A stretch of 64,000 nt of DNA from Thermoplasmata archaeon (GTDB taxonomy: Archaea > Thermoplasmatota > Thermoplasmata > Lutacidiplasmatales > UBA184), in the NCBI GenBank assembly GCA_021816865.1, contig JAKAWX010000001.1:40794-104793 (forward strand), read 5' to 3'. The translations under genes and the position numbers were made by a program. Shown piece after piece: positions 7,207-17,100 of the stretch. The notes beneath the pieces were generated by a model that was not told the DNA's origin, made no database searches, and was given only the letters and a program-made list of their open reading frames with translations. How positions within the stretch are numbered: position 1 is the stretch's first letter; each line of letters starts with the position of its first letter.

Positions 7207-10200
7207 TTACTCCCTCCACGGCGGAACGGAGACGTTCGCGGGCGGCACGTACGGCGACGGCGGGTGGGGAGGCCGCCGACGCGATCGGTGCGCGAGATGG
7301 AGGACGACCGCGGCGATCGTTCCTCCCACGACGAGCCCGAGGAAGAGCGCCGCGAGCGAGCTCCCCGACCCAAGAGCCGTCGGGGAGGCTGGAGTGATCG
7401 TGAACGGGAGCTTCGCAAAGACGCGGGCGCCGGCGGCGTCCACGAGGGTGACGTTGATCGAGTACGCGCCCGGCCCGCCGTACGTGTGGGCCACGTCGAC
7501 GCCGCTCGCGGAAGAGCCGTCCCCGAACGACCAGTCGACGGAGTAAGGAGGGGTCCCCCCCTGGAACGCGGCCCGGAACTCGACCCCGGTGCCGACGGGA
7601 ACGGAATCGGTCGCGTTCCGCCCGACCGCGTAGAACGTCCCCGAAAGGTCGGGGTTCACGGTGACGTTCTCGGTGCGGTTGGCGTACGCGCCCCGGGCGT
7701 CCTGGTAGTCGAAGAGGACGGCGTACCGGCCCGCACGGTTCCAGGAGTGCGAGACGTTGAGTCCCGTCGCGGTCGTCCCGTCGCCGAACGTCCACTCCTC
7801 CGCGGACGCGCCCGACCCTCCCGAGACGATCGCGCTCAGGTTGATCGTTTGCCCCACGTCCGTCGCGTTCCCCGGGCTCGCGGAGACCGCGGTCACCGGG
7901 CGGGGCTGGACCTCGACGACGCTGCTGACGGAGACCGTCCGCCCCGTCGAATCTGCCACGGTCACCGTCAGGAGGTACGTCCCCGCCGTCGAATAGGCAT
8001 GAACGACCGAGAGGCCGGTGGCCGTGCCTCCGTCCCCGAAGTCCCAGGACGCGCCATAGCTCGGGATCCCGCCGGTGACGGTCACCTGGGCGGAGAGAGA
8101 GCCGCCCGCGTCGAGGGCCGGGAGAGGACCCGGTGTCAGGGCGAGGAGCGCGGTCAGGCGGGCCCCCACCGTGAGGTTCGTCGACGCACTCGCCGCGTGA
8201 CCGAGAGAGTCGGTCACGGTCGCGGCGAGGGTGTAGCTTCCGTTCACGGCGGGCGTGCAGTTCAGCGACAGTACGTCGGCGGAAAGGCAACCCGGCGGCA
8301 GCCCGGAGTAGGCGACGCTGACCGGTCCCGTGCCCCCGACGTATCCCAACAGAACGTGCGTGGTTGAGTTCACGTCGACCGTCGACGGCGACGCGGAGAG
8401 GAAAGTGATCTGGGGCAAGGTGGCGATCTCGCTGAGCGTGCCCGAGTGGGTGTTGGCCACGATCAGGGCGCCCGCCGCGGGGGCGGTGCTCCCGACCAGC
8501 GTTACGGGGTCGGGGTCGAAGGGCATTTCGCCCACCGCCATGCTGACCACCGAGGCCCGACTGGCGACCACGCTCGAGCCGTCCAGCACCGAGACCACGC
8601 CCGCGTTCGACGAACCTCCCGTCGTCATCGAGGCGTAGAGGAGTTCCCGCGTCGGGTCGAAGGCAAGTCCCGTGGTGAGGACGTGTGTCGGGAGGGGGAT
8701 CGGAGCGCCGACGACCGAGTTCGTGGTCGGGTCGATGACGGAGATGTTCGTCCCGAGCGCGTAGACGGCACCATCGGCGGCGTCGTAGGCCACGGAGCTG
8801 ACCCCGGTCCCCGCGAAGAGCGCCGGCACGACGACCCCGCCGGAGGCCGAGTCGACCACCTCGAGTTCGCCGGACGAGGTGTTCACCACGAAGAGTTCAC
8901 TAACCGCCGGATCCAAGGTCATCATCTGCTGCGACACGAGCCCCGTGGGCACATCGATCGAGTACGCGGGAGTCAGCCCTGCGAGGTGGAGTGCGACAAG
9001 ACCCCGGGGACCGTTCGCGAGCCACAGGAGGCCGTCCCCGGGGTCAACGAGCAGCGCCGAATTGGAGCCGGTGAGCCCCGAGTCGCTCGCGAGAAGCTGA
9101 CCGGTGGCGGGGTCGACGGCGTCCACCGCGTTGGCCAGACCGACGTACACGGTGCCGGTCGCGGGATCGACGGCGACCGAAGCGACCCCCGCGCCGAGGT
9201 GCAGGGGGGCGAGAGCGGTACGGCCCGTAGTCGCGTTCAGGACGATGACCGAGCTCGAGAAACTGTCGGTGACGAACAATTCGTTCGTCACGGGGTCGTA
9301 GCTCGAGCTCGCCGGTTGCGATCCGAGGGTGGGGGACCGGGCGGTGACGTCATGGGCGACCAGGTTGACCGTGCTCACGTTGCGTCCCACCGTGGACCAG
9401 ACCAGTGCATTGGAGCCACTACTTTCGACCACTACCGAGGTCAAGTTGGACCCGACACCAATAGCGGCGTCGAGAATGGCCCCTGAGGAGGAGTTCACGA
9501 TGACAAGGTTGGACCCCGAAGAGTTCCCCACAATGTACTCGGTCCCGTTGGCCGTCGTTGCCACCGGAGCCGAGCCGATGCCGGTGAGTTGAACCGCCTG
9601 AGGTGCCAGCACCGTCGCGTTCAAAATCACGATCTGCGATTTGGACGGTACGGTAACACCTACGGTTCCCGAGGACCTAGAGTAGGCCACCCCAGCGGGT
9701 GTCCCTTGCAAAGTGATTGATGGTCCGGAACCATCCGTCGTGACGTTAACGCTTCTCAGCAATCTATCACCACTATCCGCGATGAACAGGAATCCGTCAG
9801 CCGCGTCGAAAGCGAGGGCTGCTGGTCTTAGCCCGGTGGGAATGCCGCCATTCGCGACCGTGTTGCTCGAGGCATCGATGACGGTGATGTTGTTCGAGCC
9901 TGCGTTCGCGACGTACAAAGAGTTCGTCGCCGGGTCGAGGGCCAGGGCGACGGGGTCGGCCCCGACGGGGATCGCCGGGTGGAGCCAGGCTCCGGTGGTG
10001 GCGTTCAGGACCCCGACGCTCGCGTTCGCGTAGTCCGCCGAGTACAGGAGATCGTTGACGGGGTCGAAGAGGAACGCCGAGGTGTTCTCGACCGAGAGGG
10101 CGATCCCGACGAACCGGTTGGCGTTCGCGTTGAACTCCACGGCCGGGGCAACATTCGGCGCCGGGAGGCCGCCGACCGAGACCGCCCGTTCCGGGAGCCA

Positions 10201-10584
10201 GAGGTCGCCCGTCGACGGCACGTAGGCCGGGCTGCCCACCTGCCAGCCGGCGACCGAGGAAGGGAAGTTGCCGGGGAGGGACCCGTTGTAGTTCGGCAGG
10301 ATCGACCGGAGGACGGAACCCGCGCCCGCCCGCGGCGACGACGACGACGCTGACGCGGCGCCCGCCGGAGGGGCGGGGAACGTGACGTGCGGCGAGAGAA
10401 GGCTCGGGGAGGCCCCGGCGGCGGAGGTCCCGGCCTCACCGGCGAGACCCATCGACGTCCGTTCCCCGGGAACGAAGGCGGAGCCGTACGCGGCCAGGGA
10501 GGCGAGCAGCAAGCAGCCGACCACGGCGAGGACGCGCGCTCGGGGCCGGAACCCGCCGGGGCCCCGGCGTCGACGGGAGGCCAT
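7207..10584 (-). CDS. Surface protein: signal/anchor + YVTN beta-propeller repeats + 4 PKD/Ig-like modules + C-terminal TM anchor
   Basis: ORF track, 1125 aa. N-terminal RVLAVVGCLLLASLAAYG. YVTN-like repeats, e.g. LYVANAGSNNITVIDASSNTV and LFVTDSFSSSVIVLNATTG. W-x-FGDG PKD motifs (WDFGDGGTATG, WTFGDGTTATG, WSFGDGSSASG). C-terminal LAALFLGLVVGGTIAAVVL followed by a basic tail. Confidence 0.9.
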   Translation of the reverse strand: MASRRRRGPGGFRPRARVLAVVGCLLLASLAAYGSAFVPGERTSMGLAGEAGTSAAGASPSLLSPHVTFPAPPAGAASASSSSPRAGAGSVLRSILPNYNGSLPGNFPSSVAGWQVGSPAYVPSTGDLWLPERAVSVGGLPAPNVAPAVEFNANANRFVGIALSVENTSAFLFDPVNDLLYSADYANASVGVLNATTGAWLHPAIPVGADPVALALDPATNSLYVANAGSNNITVIDASSNTVANGGIPTGLRPAALAFDAADGFLFIADSGDRLLRSVNVTTDGSGPSITLQGTPAGVAYSRSSGTVGVTVPSKSQIVILNATVLAPQAVQLTGIGSAPVATTANGTEYIVGNSSGSNLVIVNSSSGAILDAAIGVGSNLTSVVVESSGSNALVWSTVGRNVSTVNLVAHDVTARSPTLGSQPASSSYDPVTNELFVTDSFSSSVIVLNATTGRTALAPLHLGAGVASVAVDPATGTVYVGLANAVDAVDPATGQLLASDSGLTGSNSALLVDPGDGLLWLANGPRGLVALHLAGLTPAYSIDVPTGLVSQQMMTLDPAVSELFVVNTSSGELEVVDSASGGVVVPALFAGTGVSSVAYDAADGAVYALGTNISVIDPTTNSVVGAPIPLPTHVLTTGLAFDPTRELLYASMTTGGSSNAGVVSVLDGSSVVASRASVVSMAVGEMPFDPDPVTLVGSTAPAAGALIVANTHSGTLSEIATLPQITFLSASPSTVDVNSTTHVLLGYVGGTGPVSVAYSGLPPGCLSADVLSLNCTPAVNGSYTLAATVTDSLGHAASASTNLTVGARLTALLALTPGPLPALDAGGSLSAQVTVTGGIPSYGASWDFGDGGTATGLSVVHAYSTAGTYLLTVTVADSTGRTVSVSSVVEVQPRPVTAVSASPGNATDVGQTINLSAIVSGGSGASAEEWTFGDGTTATGLNVSHSWNRAGRYAVLFDYQDARGAYANRTENVTVNPDLSGTFYAVGRNATDSVPVGTGVEFRAAFQGGTPPYSVDWSFGDGSSASGVDVAHTYGGPGAYSINVTLVDAAGARVFAKLPFTITPASPTALGSGSSLAALFLGLVVGGTIAAVVLHLAHRSRRRPPHPPSPYVPPANVSVPPWRE
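7395..8410 (-). repeat. Tandem PKD/Ig-like domain repeats (protein level) inside the surface-protein gene
   Basis: About four ~85-aa modules, three of them with the W-x-FGDG...H-x-Y motif. Boundaries approximate. Confidence 0.6.
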
Positions 10585-10642
10585 CTCGGAAAGCTCAGCC
10601 GCGGGCCAACTTAAACCCGTCCGTCGAGTCGCGGCGCGCCGG

Positions 10643-11629
10643 TCAGTCCATCGTGCGGATGACCCGGGCCGCGTGGGCGTCCACGATGATGGCGTACGGT
10701 TTTCCCTTGCGTTCCAGGCGGAACTGCCAGAGCGGAACGTGCAGGAGCTCGCCGTCCTGGATGTCGACCTGAGTGTTCAGGTTCGAGACCATGCTGTGCT
10801 TCTTGTGCGCCGCCTCGCTCTGGAGCTCCTGTACGTGCGCCCGGGCGCTCCCCTTCGCGGCGTCCTCGGTGAGGTCGCCGTTGAGGACCGGGGCGGTCGA
10901 TGGGATCGACTTCTTGTCGAAGAGGGTCCGGTCGTCGAGGCCGAACTGGTACTCCTTGGGCTGGTAGGCGCTCATCGCCTTCACCGCGATGACCGGGAAC
11001 TCGTACTGGCCCGAGATCGTCTCGGAGCGGGTCGGGTTGACGACGGGCCCGGTCATGATCGGGATCGGGACGAACCCTCCCTGTCGTCCCCCGCCGAGCG
11101 CGCTCCCGAGGACCTCGGCGGCGGCGATCGTGCCGATCGTCGCGCCGACGCTCGTGGCGACCGCCTGGTACTGGTACGTCGTCGACGCCGACGCCGGTAG
11201 TACCCAGAACGGCACGTAGGAGAGCTTCGAGTCGACGACCTTCGACTCCTCGAAGTCGTGGCGGTGGAAGAACCCCGAGTCGATCCAATCGTGGACGACC
11301 TTGATCGCCGCCGCGGGGTCCGCGACCTTGAGCGGGAGCATCGTGTGCTTGTTGATCTCCTTCCAGCCGGCGCCGCCGAGCGTCACCGAGCCGCCGCAGT
11401 AGTCGCAGGTGACGACCGTCTCGCCGAACGTCGGGTGGATCGGCGCGCCGCACGACGGACACTTGAGCTCCTGGGCCCCCGAAGCCCCGATCGTCGCGCT
11501 CGCCGAGGAGCTCGACGGCGCGGTCGGTGCGGTCGGGGCCGTTCCCCCCGGACCCGCCATGGGCGCGCCGCACTTCGGGCAGAATCGGGCGTCGTCGGGC
11601 ATCGAGGTGCCGCACTTCATGCAGAACAT
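10643..11629 (-). CDS. Double zinc-ribbon protein with unassigned ~230-aa C-terminal domain (possible YdjG-like partner of the SPFH protein)
   Basis: ORF track, 328 aa. FCMKCG...FCPKCG and CPSCG...CDYCGG ribbons. Lies 40 nt downstream of the SPFH gene on the same strand. Confidence 0.75.
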   Translation of the reverse strand: MFCMKCGTSMPDDARFCPKCGAPMAGPGGTAPTAPTAPSSSSASATIGASGAQELKCPSCGAPIHPTFGETVVTCDYCGGSVTLGGAGWKEINKHTMLPLKVADPAAAIKVVHDWIDSGFFHRHDFEESKVVDSKLSYVPFWVLPASASTTYQYQAVATSVGATIGTIAAAEVLGSALGGGRQGGFVPIPIMTGPVVNPTRSETISGQYEFPVIAVKAMSAYQPKEYQFGLDDRTLFDKKSIPSTAPVLNGDLTEDAAKGSARAHVQELQSEAAHKKHSMVSNLNTQVDIQDGELLHVPLWQFRLERKGKPYAIIVDAHAARVIRTMD

Positions 11630-11669
11630 CGTCGATCCTCGCTCCGTGGTGCCGTCGACCCCGGGCGCC

Positions 11670-12827
11670 TCAGCCGAGCGCCGCGCCGCAGTTCGGACAG
11701 AACTTTCCCGCGCTCGTCACGTCGAGGCCGCACTTCGGGCACTTGCGCGGCGGCGGGGGAGCGAGGGACGCCCCGCAGCTCGGGCAGAACTTGGCCCCGG
11801 GCGCGGTCGGCTGGCCGCACTTCGGGCACGGGGGTCCTCCGGCCGCCGCGGGAGCGGCGCCGAGGGGGTTCCCGCATCCCGGGCAGAACCGCGTCCCGGC
11901 CGGGACGAGCGTGCCGCACTTCGGGCACGGCTGGCCGGGGCCCTGAGCGTACGCGCCCTGCATCTGGCCGGCCATGCCGTAGCCGATCCCGAGTCCCGCG
12001 CCGAGCCCGACGCCCGCGCTCGCGAGCGCCCCCGCGCCGCCCGACGGATTCGCCGCCGCGGTCGTCATCGCCTGGCCGGCCTGGTACTGCATGTAGTTCA
12101 CACCGAGCACGCTCATCGTCGAGCGCGTGTCGACCGCCTTCTGGACCTCGTCCGGGAGGTTGATCGAGATTCCCTGCAGCTGCAGCACCTCGACGCCGAG
12201 CGGGCCGAAATGCTGGGGAGAGAACCCGAGGACCGCCTGTTCGATCGTGGAGAGCTGGGTCGCGATGTCGGTGACGCGCATCCCCTGCTCCTTCAGCTTC
12301 CCGAGCGTGTTGTAGACGAGGAGGACCATCTGGTCCCGAAGGCGCCCCTCGACGTCCGAGGCCGTCGCGGCACCGAACGTCCCGACGAACTGGTTGATGA
12401 AGTTGTCCGGAGCCCCGACCTTCCAACGATAGCTGCCGAAGACGCGGAGGGAGACGAGGCCGAAGTCGGGGTCCCGGAAGACGTACGGCTCGGCGCTGCC
12501 GTACTTGCCGTCGAAGATGCGTCGCTGAAGGTAGTACACCTCCGCCTCCTGCCGGACGCCCGAGAGCGCCTGGACCAGGTTGCCGATCAGCGGGGCGTTC
12601 ATGCTCGTGAGCGCGTAGCGGTCCGGCTTCTCGAGGTAGGCGAGGACCTTGCCGTCCCGGTAGAAGACGGCGGTCTCGTCCTCCCGGACGACGATGTTGT
12701 CGTTCCATCGGATGTTCCGGGGAACGCGCCACATGACGTTGGCGCCCTTGTAGGCGTCCTCCCAGTTGACCGTCGTGGCGCCGATCAGGCTCCCGCCCTT
12801 CGCCGGAATGGGGTTGTTCGTGACCAT
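11670..12827 (-). CDS. SPFH/Band-7 family protein of the YdjI type (COG4260-like) with three C-terminal zinc ribbons
   Basis: ORF track, 385 aa. N-terminal region VMWRVPRNIRWNDNIVVREDETAVFYRDGKVLAYLEKPDRYALTSMNAPL and LRVFGSYRWKV fit the YdjI-type SPFH pattern. C-terminus has CPKCG..FCPGCG, CPKCG..FCPSCG and CPKCG..FCPNCG. GAGGA lies upstream of the ATG. Confidence 0.85.
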   Translation of the reverse strand: MVTNNPIPAKGGSLIGATTVNWEDAYKGANVMWRVPRNIRWNDNIVVREDETAVFYRDGKVLAYLEKPDRYALTSMNAPLIGNLVQALSGVRQEAEVYYLQRRIFDGKYGSAEPYVFRDPDFGLVSLRVFGSYRWKVGAPDNFINQFVGTFGAATASDVEGRLRDQMVLLVYNTLGKLKEQGMRVTDIATQLSTIEQAVLGFSPQHFGPLGVEVLQLQGISINLPDEVQKAVDTRSTMSVLGVNYMQYQAGQAMTTAAANPSGGAGALASAGVGLGAGLGIGYGMAGQMQGAYAQGPGQPCPKCGTLVPAGTRFCPGCGNPLGAAPAAAGGPPCPKCGQPTAPGAKFCPSCGASLAPPPPRKCPKCGLDVTSAGKFCPNCGAALG

Positions 12828-12843
12828 CGTCCTCTTCCTTCTC

Positions 12844-13539
12844 CTAGGCGACCCGGATCCCCTCGACCGTCTGCATCCGTGCGCGGAACGCCTGATCGAG
12901 CTGGCTCACTTGACCGCGGGCGGTGGAGACGAGCGCCGCCACCGCGGCGGGGGCTCCCCCGACCGCCAGCGACGGCAACGAGGCGATCGTCCGGTTGAGC
13001 TCGTCGGCCGCCTCGACGAACCCGTAGTCGTACTCGTAGAGCCGGTCGAGCTGCTGGGGATTGACGCGAACCGCCGGAGAGATGCCGGTGTACCCCTGCT
13101 CGGCGTGGCGGATCTCGCCTTCGAGCCGCATCAGGTCGGCGATCATCGGGGCGAGGTCGTTGAGGGCGGAGAACTGGCCGGCGTTCGCGAGCGCCGTGCG
13201 AGAGTTCTCGATCGTGGTCCGGGCGTTCTTCACCTTGTCGGCGATCTGGAGCCTCAGGAAGCTGTCCGCCTCGCGGAGGTCCTCCCCCTGGCGGTAGCCG
13301 CGGAAGCCGGGGACGAGCAACTGCAGGCGCTTCAGCCAACCCCGGTCGTTCTCGACCTTCTGGCGGATGTCGAGCGGAGGAGCGCCGGGGGAAACGGCCG
13401 TCCCGGTCGAGCTGCCTCCCGTCACGACGAGCGACGAGCCGCACACGTTGCAGAACCGCGCGCCCGCGGGCGACGGCGTGCCGCACTTCGGACAGGTCGC
13501 GCTCGGGCCGGGGGGAGTGGGAGGAGCGCTCGCGGCCAT
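12844..13539 (-). CDS. Zinc-ribbon + helical/coiled-coil protein
   Basis: C-terminal 231 codons of ORF 12844..13719. The ATG at 13539 lies 1 nt after the stop of the upstream membrane-protein gene (13541-13543). CPKCG..FCNVCG ribbon, then a helical region (LRLQIADKVKNARTTIENSRTALANAG...). Confidence 0.75.
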   Translation of the reverse strand: MAASAPPTPPGPSATCPKCGTPSPAGARFCNVCGSSLVVTGGSSTGTAVSPGAPPLDIRQKVENDRGWLKRLQLLVPGFRGYRQGEDLREADSFLRLQIADKVKNARTTIENSRTALANAGQFSALNDLAPMIADLMRLEGEIRHAEQGYTGISPAVRVNPQQLDRLYEYDYGFVEAADELNRTIASLPSLAVGGAPAAVAALVSTARGQVSQLDQAFRARMQTVEGIRVA

Positions 13540-13540
13540 G

Positions 13541-14095
13541 TCACGGGCTCCGGGGAGGGGGAGGGGCGCCCGGGGAGGAAGGGGGCGGAGGCACCTCGGG
13601 AACGCTCGGGGAGTTCGCGGCCGCGTACGAGAACGCGGAGCGGGCCGGTTCGCCCTGCCACGCGGCCCGGGCCACCTGCTGGTTCTGCGTGGCGCGGACG
13701 GCGCGACCGCGCCAGGCAATCAACGCGACGGCGACGATCAGCACGACGACGATGATCAAGAGCGCCCAGAGCTGCGCGACGACGCCGAGGACCCCGTACG
13801 TCGGGCCGAGGCCGACCGTGAGCAGGAGGACGGCGAACCCCATCCCGAAGAATCCCCAGGCGAGCGACCGCTGGGCGGTGGGGTCGCGCGAGAACGACTC
13901 CGCGAGGTAGGACCCGAGGGCGAGCAGGAGCGCGACGATCCCGATGGAGATGAGCGCGAAGAAGTGTTGGTTGGCCGGCAGGGTGTAGTAGATCGCGAGG
14001 AAGAGGAGAACCGCCGCGACCAGGAAAAGGCCCGTGAGCAGCCAGCCGCTATACCGGTCGCGAACCGGCGCCAGCGCCGGTGAAGTTCCCTGCAT
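13541..14095 (-). CDS. Integral membrane protein (about 4 TM helices) with Pro-rich C-terminus
   Basis: ORF track, 184 aa. Hydrophobic segments: WLLTGLFLVAAVLLFLAIYY, FFALISIGIVALLLALGSYL, LAWGFFGMGFAVLLLTVGLG, LWALLIIVVVLIVAVALIAW. Confidence 0.8.
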   Translation of the reverse strand: MQGTSPALAPVRDRYSGWLLTGLFLVAAVLLFLAIYYTLPANQHFFALISIGIVALLLALGSYLAESFSRDPTAQRSLAWGFFGMGFAVLLLTVGLGPTYGVLGVVAQLWALLIIVVVLIVAVALIAWRGRAVRATQNQQVARAAWQGEPARSAFSYAAANSPSVPEVPPPPSSPGAPPPPRSP

Positions 14096-14127
14096 ATTCC
14101 CCGTGCCGGTGGAAAATGCAGATGCGA

Positions 14128-14134
14128 CTATAAG
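14128..14134 (-). promoter_or_regulatory. Putative TATA box for the membrane-protein/SPFH operon
   Basis: Minus-strand CTTATAG, about 35 nt upstream of the ATG at 14095, in the 63-nt gap after the TPR gene stop. Confidence 0.3.
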
Positions 14135-14158
14135 AGCCTGCGGCCGAGGGCCGGCGGC

Positions 14159-17100
14159 TCAGAGGCGTGGCTCGTCGTCGTGTTTCTCGCGTTTCGGGCG
14201 GACGGCGGCGGGTACGGGAGGGGGCGGGGGCTCGGGGATCGCCTTCGAGGCCGTCTTGGCTTCCTTCGGGGGAGCGGCCGCGTTCGGGGCTTCCTTGCGG
14301 ACGGGGAGCGTGGCCGGAGGCCCCTTCGTCCTATCGGGCGAAGGCGGCTTGGACGTGTGGTCGGCGTGCGGAGGGGTCTTCGCGGGTCCCTCCCGGGGGA
14401 GCGCGACCGGTTTCGTCCGCTGGAAGACCCCTCGGAGCCCCCCGCCCCCGGTCGACGGACGGGCGACCGGTCGGCCCGACGGTGCGTGGACGCTCACGCC
14501 CTCGAGCGGTCGGGTCGACTCGGTCGTGATCGGCTGGCCGCACTTTGGGCAGTGCGGGAACTGGCCGACACAATGCTGGCAGAGCGGGGCGGAGCAGGTG
14601 TGCAGGACCGAAGCGATTCCCCCGCAGCCGACGCACCGAGCGACCGGGGTACTGGTGCCGTGGGCAGTGCCGGCGGCGCGGGGGCCCGCCCCCGATGCGG
14701 CCGTCGGAGGACGAGCCCAGTCGGACGAGGGGGCCACGGACACGGTCGAGGCCCCGGAAGCCGCCCCCCGCGCCTCCGCGGGGCCCGTGGGCTCGCCGTC
14801 CGGCTCCTCCGAGGTCCGGAACTCGGGGGAGTACGCCCCGAGGTCGAGCGCGGGAAGCGGCGCGTGGGCCGCGGCCCCGGCGGATTCGACGACCTTGATG
14901 AGGCGGGCCTTGTACACCCCGACCTTGAGGTTCTTCACGATCTGGAACAGCGTGCGCTGCTCCGCCGGGAGCCCGAGCGCTTGCCGGGCGAGGTCCTCGA
15001 CGTCGGGCGTCAGCTCGAGGTTTTCCGCCTTCAGGTTCGTCTCGAGGACCGCTTTGAGGTAGCCGAAGAGCCGCTGGATCCGGTCGAGCGTGTACGACGA
15101 GGGGGCGAGGGCCGCGACGTCGGCGAGGGTGAGCCCACGTCGCTCGATCCCCGGGGACCGACGTTCGAGCGCGGACGTGATGAGATGGTAGGAGGCGTTC
15201 TCGAGCTCTCGCACTTCGGCGGCGTCGAGATGGTCGAGGTCGACGGTGTCGGCGTGCGAGATCGTCGTGAGGACCGGTTCGAGGAACTCGTACGGCACGT
15301 GGAGCGTGACGAAGAGGTCGTTCTTGGTGACCGTGCGGCCGAGTCGCGCCTCGAGGAGGAGTGCCTCCCGGCCGTGGCGCTGGATCTCCGTGTCCCGGGT
15401 CTTCTGCACCGCGACCTTCTTCCCCTCCTTCGCCGGCGCGAAATCGGAGTCGAGCGCGAGCGCCCGGTCGAAGGACGCGACCGCGTCGGTGGGCCGTCCG
15501 ATCGCGACGAGCGCGAGTCCGCGGCTCGTCCACGCCTGCTTGTGGTTCGGGTCGGCCGCGGTCGCCCGGTCGTAGAGCGCCAGCGCCTCGTTGGGGTGCT
15601 GGAGGCGCATCGCGACCAGCCCGGCCCGCAGGAGGACCTCGACGTTCGCCGGGGCGAGCGAGAGGGCGTGCGCGAACGCGTCCGACGCCTCCGACCACGC
15701 CTGCCGGGCGGTCGCGAGCTCCCCGAGGCGGACCCAGAGCGGGACGCTCTTCGGGAGGAGCTCGACCCCCTTGCGGAGCGTTTCGTCGGCGACGTCGAGG
15801 TGCGCGAGGCCACTCTCGGCCTCGGCGAGGAGCAGGTAGAGCGACTCCTGGGGGGGGACCTGGGGGAGCGCGGCCCGGACAAACTCGGCCGCCTCGGCGT
15901 GCTTGCCTTCCTCGAGCATCGACTTCGCGATGCCGGCGAGCGCGATCGGGGACTTCGGCTCGCGCCGGCGCACCTCCTCGAAGACCCCGCGGGCTTCCGC
16001 CGGACGTTCGAGGCCGCTCAGGATCTCCGCGCGCAGGAGCTGGGCCGCGAGGTTCGAGGGGCCGCCCTCGGGCACGGCCTTCAGGCCGTCGTCCAGGACC
16101 TCGAGCGCGAGGTCGGGTCGCCCCGCAGTAAGGCGAAGCCGGGCGCGTCGGATCGCGATCTCGACCTTGAGGACGGGGTCGACCTGGGCCGCCCGTTCGT
16201 ACGCCTGGTTCGCCTCCTCCGCGAGGCCGAGCGCCGCGGCGAGGTCGCCGCGGTCGAGCTGGAGCGCGGCGTCGCTCGCCTCGGGGGCATCGGTCGCGAG
16301 CAAGCGGGTGAGGTCGTCGTACGCCTCGCGCGTCTCGCCCGCGTCGCGGTGGAGCCGGTACATCTCGAGCAGCGCGGGACCGTTCTCGGGCTCGAGGAGG
16401 AGGATCGCCCTGAGCGAGTAAAGAACCTCGCTCGGACGTCCGAGCGACCGCAGCGCGTCGCCCCGCACCTTCCACGCCGCGAGGTCGTTCGGCTCCTCGA
16501 CGAGCAGCGGGTCGACGATCTGAACGACCTCGGAATACTGCCCGGCGAGCTGGAGGGTCTCCGCGAGGGCGAGACGGCCGTGGCGGTTCTTCGGGTCGAT
16601 CGTGAGCCCTTGACGGTAGTACGCGATCGCGTCGGCGTACGCCCCCTGCGCCCGCAGCGCTTCGGCGACCTCGAAATGGGCGTGCGGGTCGCCGCGGGTC
16701 GTCTGGACCGCCTGCTGGAGGACGGAAAGCGCCTCGGCCCGCCGCCCGGTCTTGAGGAGGAGCTGGCCCTTCTTTCTCAGGAAGAGGGGGTTCGACGGTT
16801 CGCGCCGGAGCAGGAGGTCGAGCAGCTGGAGGGCGCGGGCGTCCTGGTTGAGGAGCGCCAGGACCTCGACGGCGCCCCAGAAGAGGTCGGGGTCCTCGGC
16901 GCCTCCCGAGATGGCCCGGCCGTACGCCTCGTTCGCCTCCGAGTAGTGCCCGGTCTCGCGCAGGGTGTGCGCGAGCTCCTTCAGGATGTCGAACCGCCGC
17001 GCGTTGTCCGGGTCGTCGAGGAACCGCCGGTACGCCTCGATCGCCCGCTCGGGGTCCCCCACGAGCCGGGAGGCCCGAGCGATCCCGAGCTCCGCGACGT

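Noticed and set aside
11568-14551. A recurrent 14-mer CCGCACTTCGGGCA: exact at 11568, 11728, 11815 and 11914, with variants at about 11610, 13481 and 14538. It looked like a dispersed DNA repeat.
   Set aside because: Every copy is the reverse complement of TGC-CCG-AAG-TGC-GG, encoding C-P-K-C-G with the genome's preferred codons. The repeat is explained at the protein-motif level; its recurrence across genes is reported as part of the SPFH-cluster finding.
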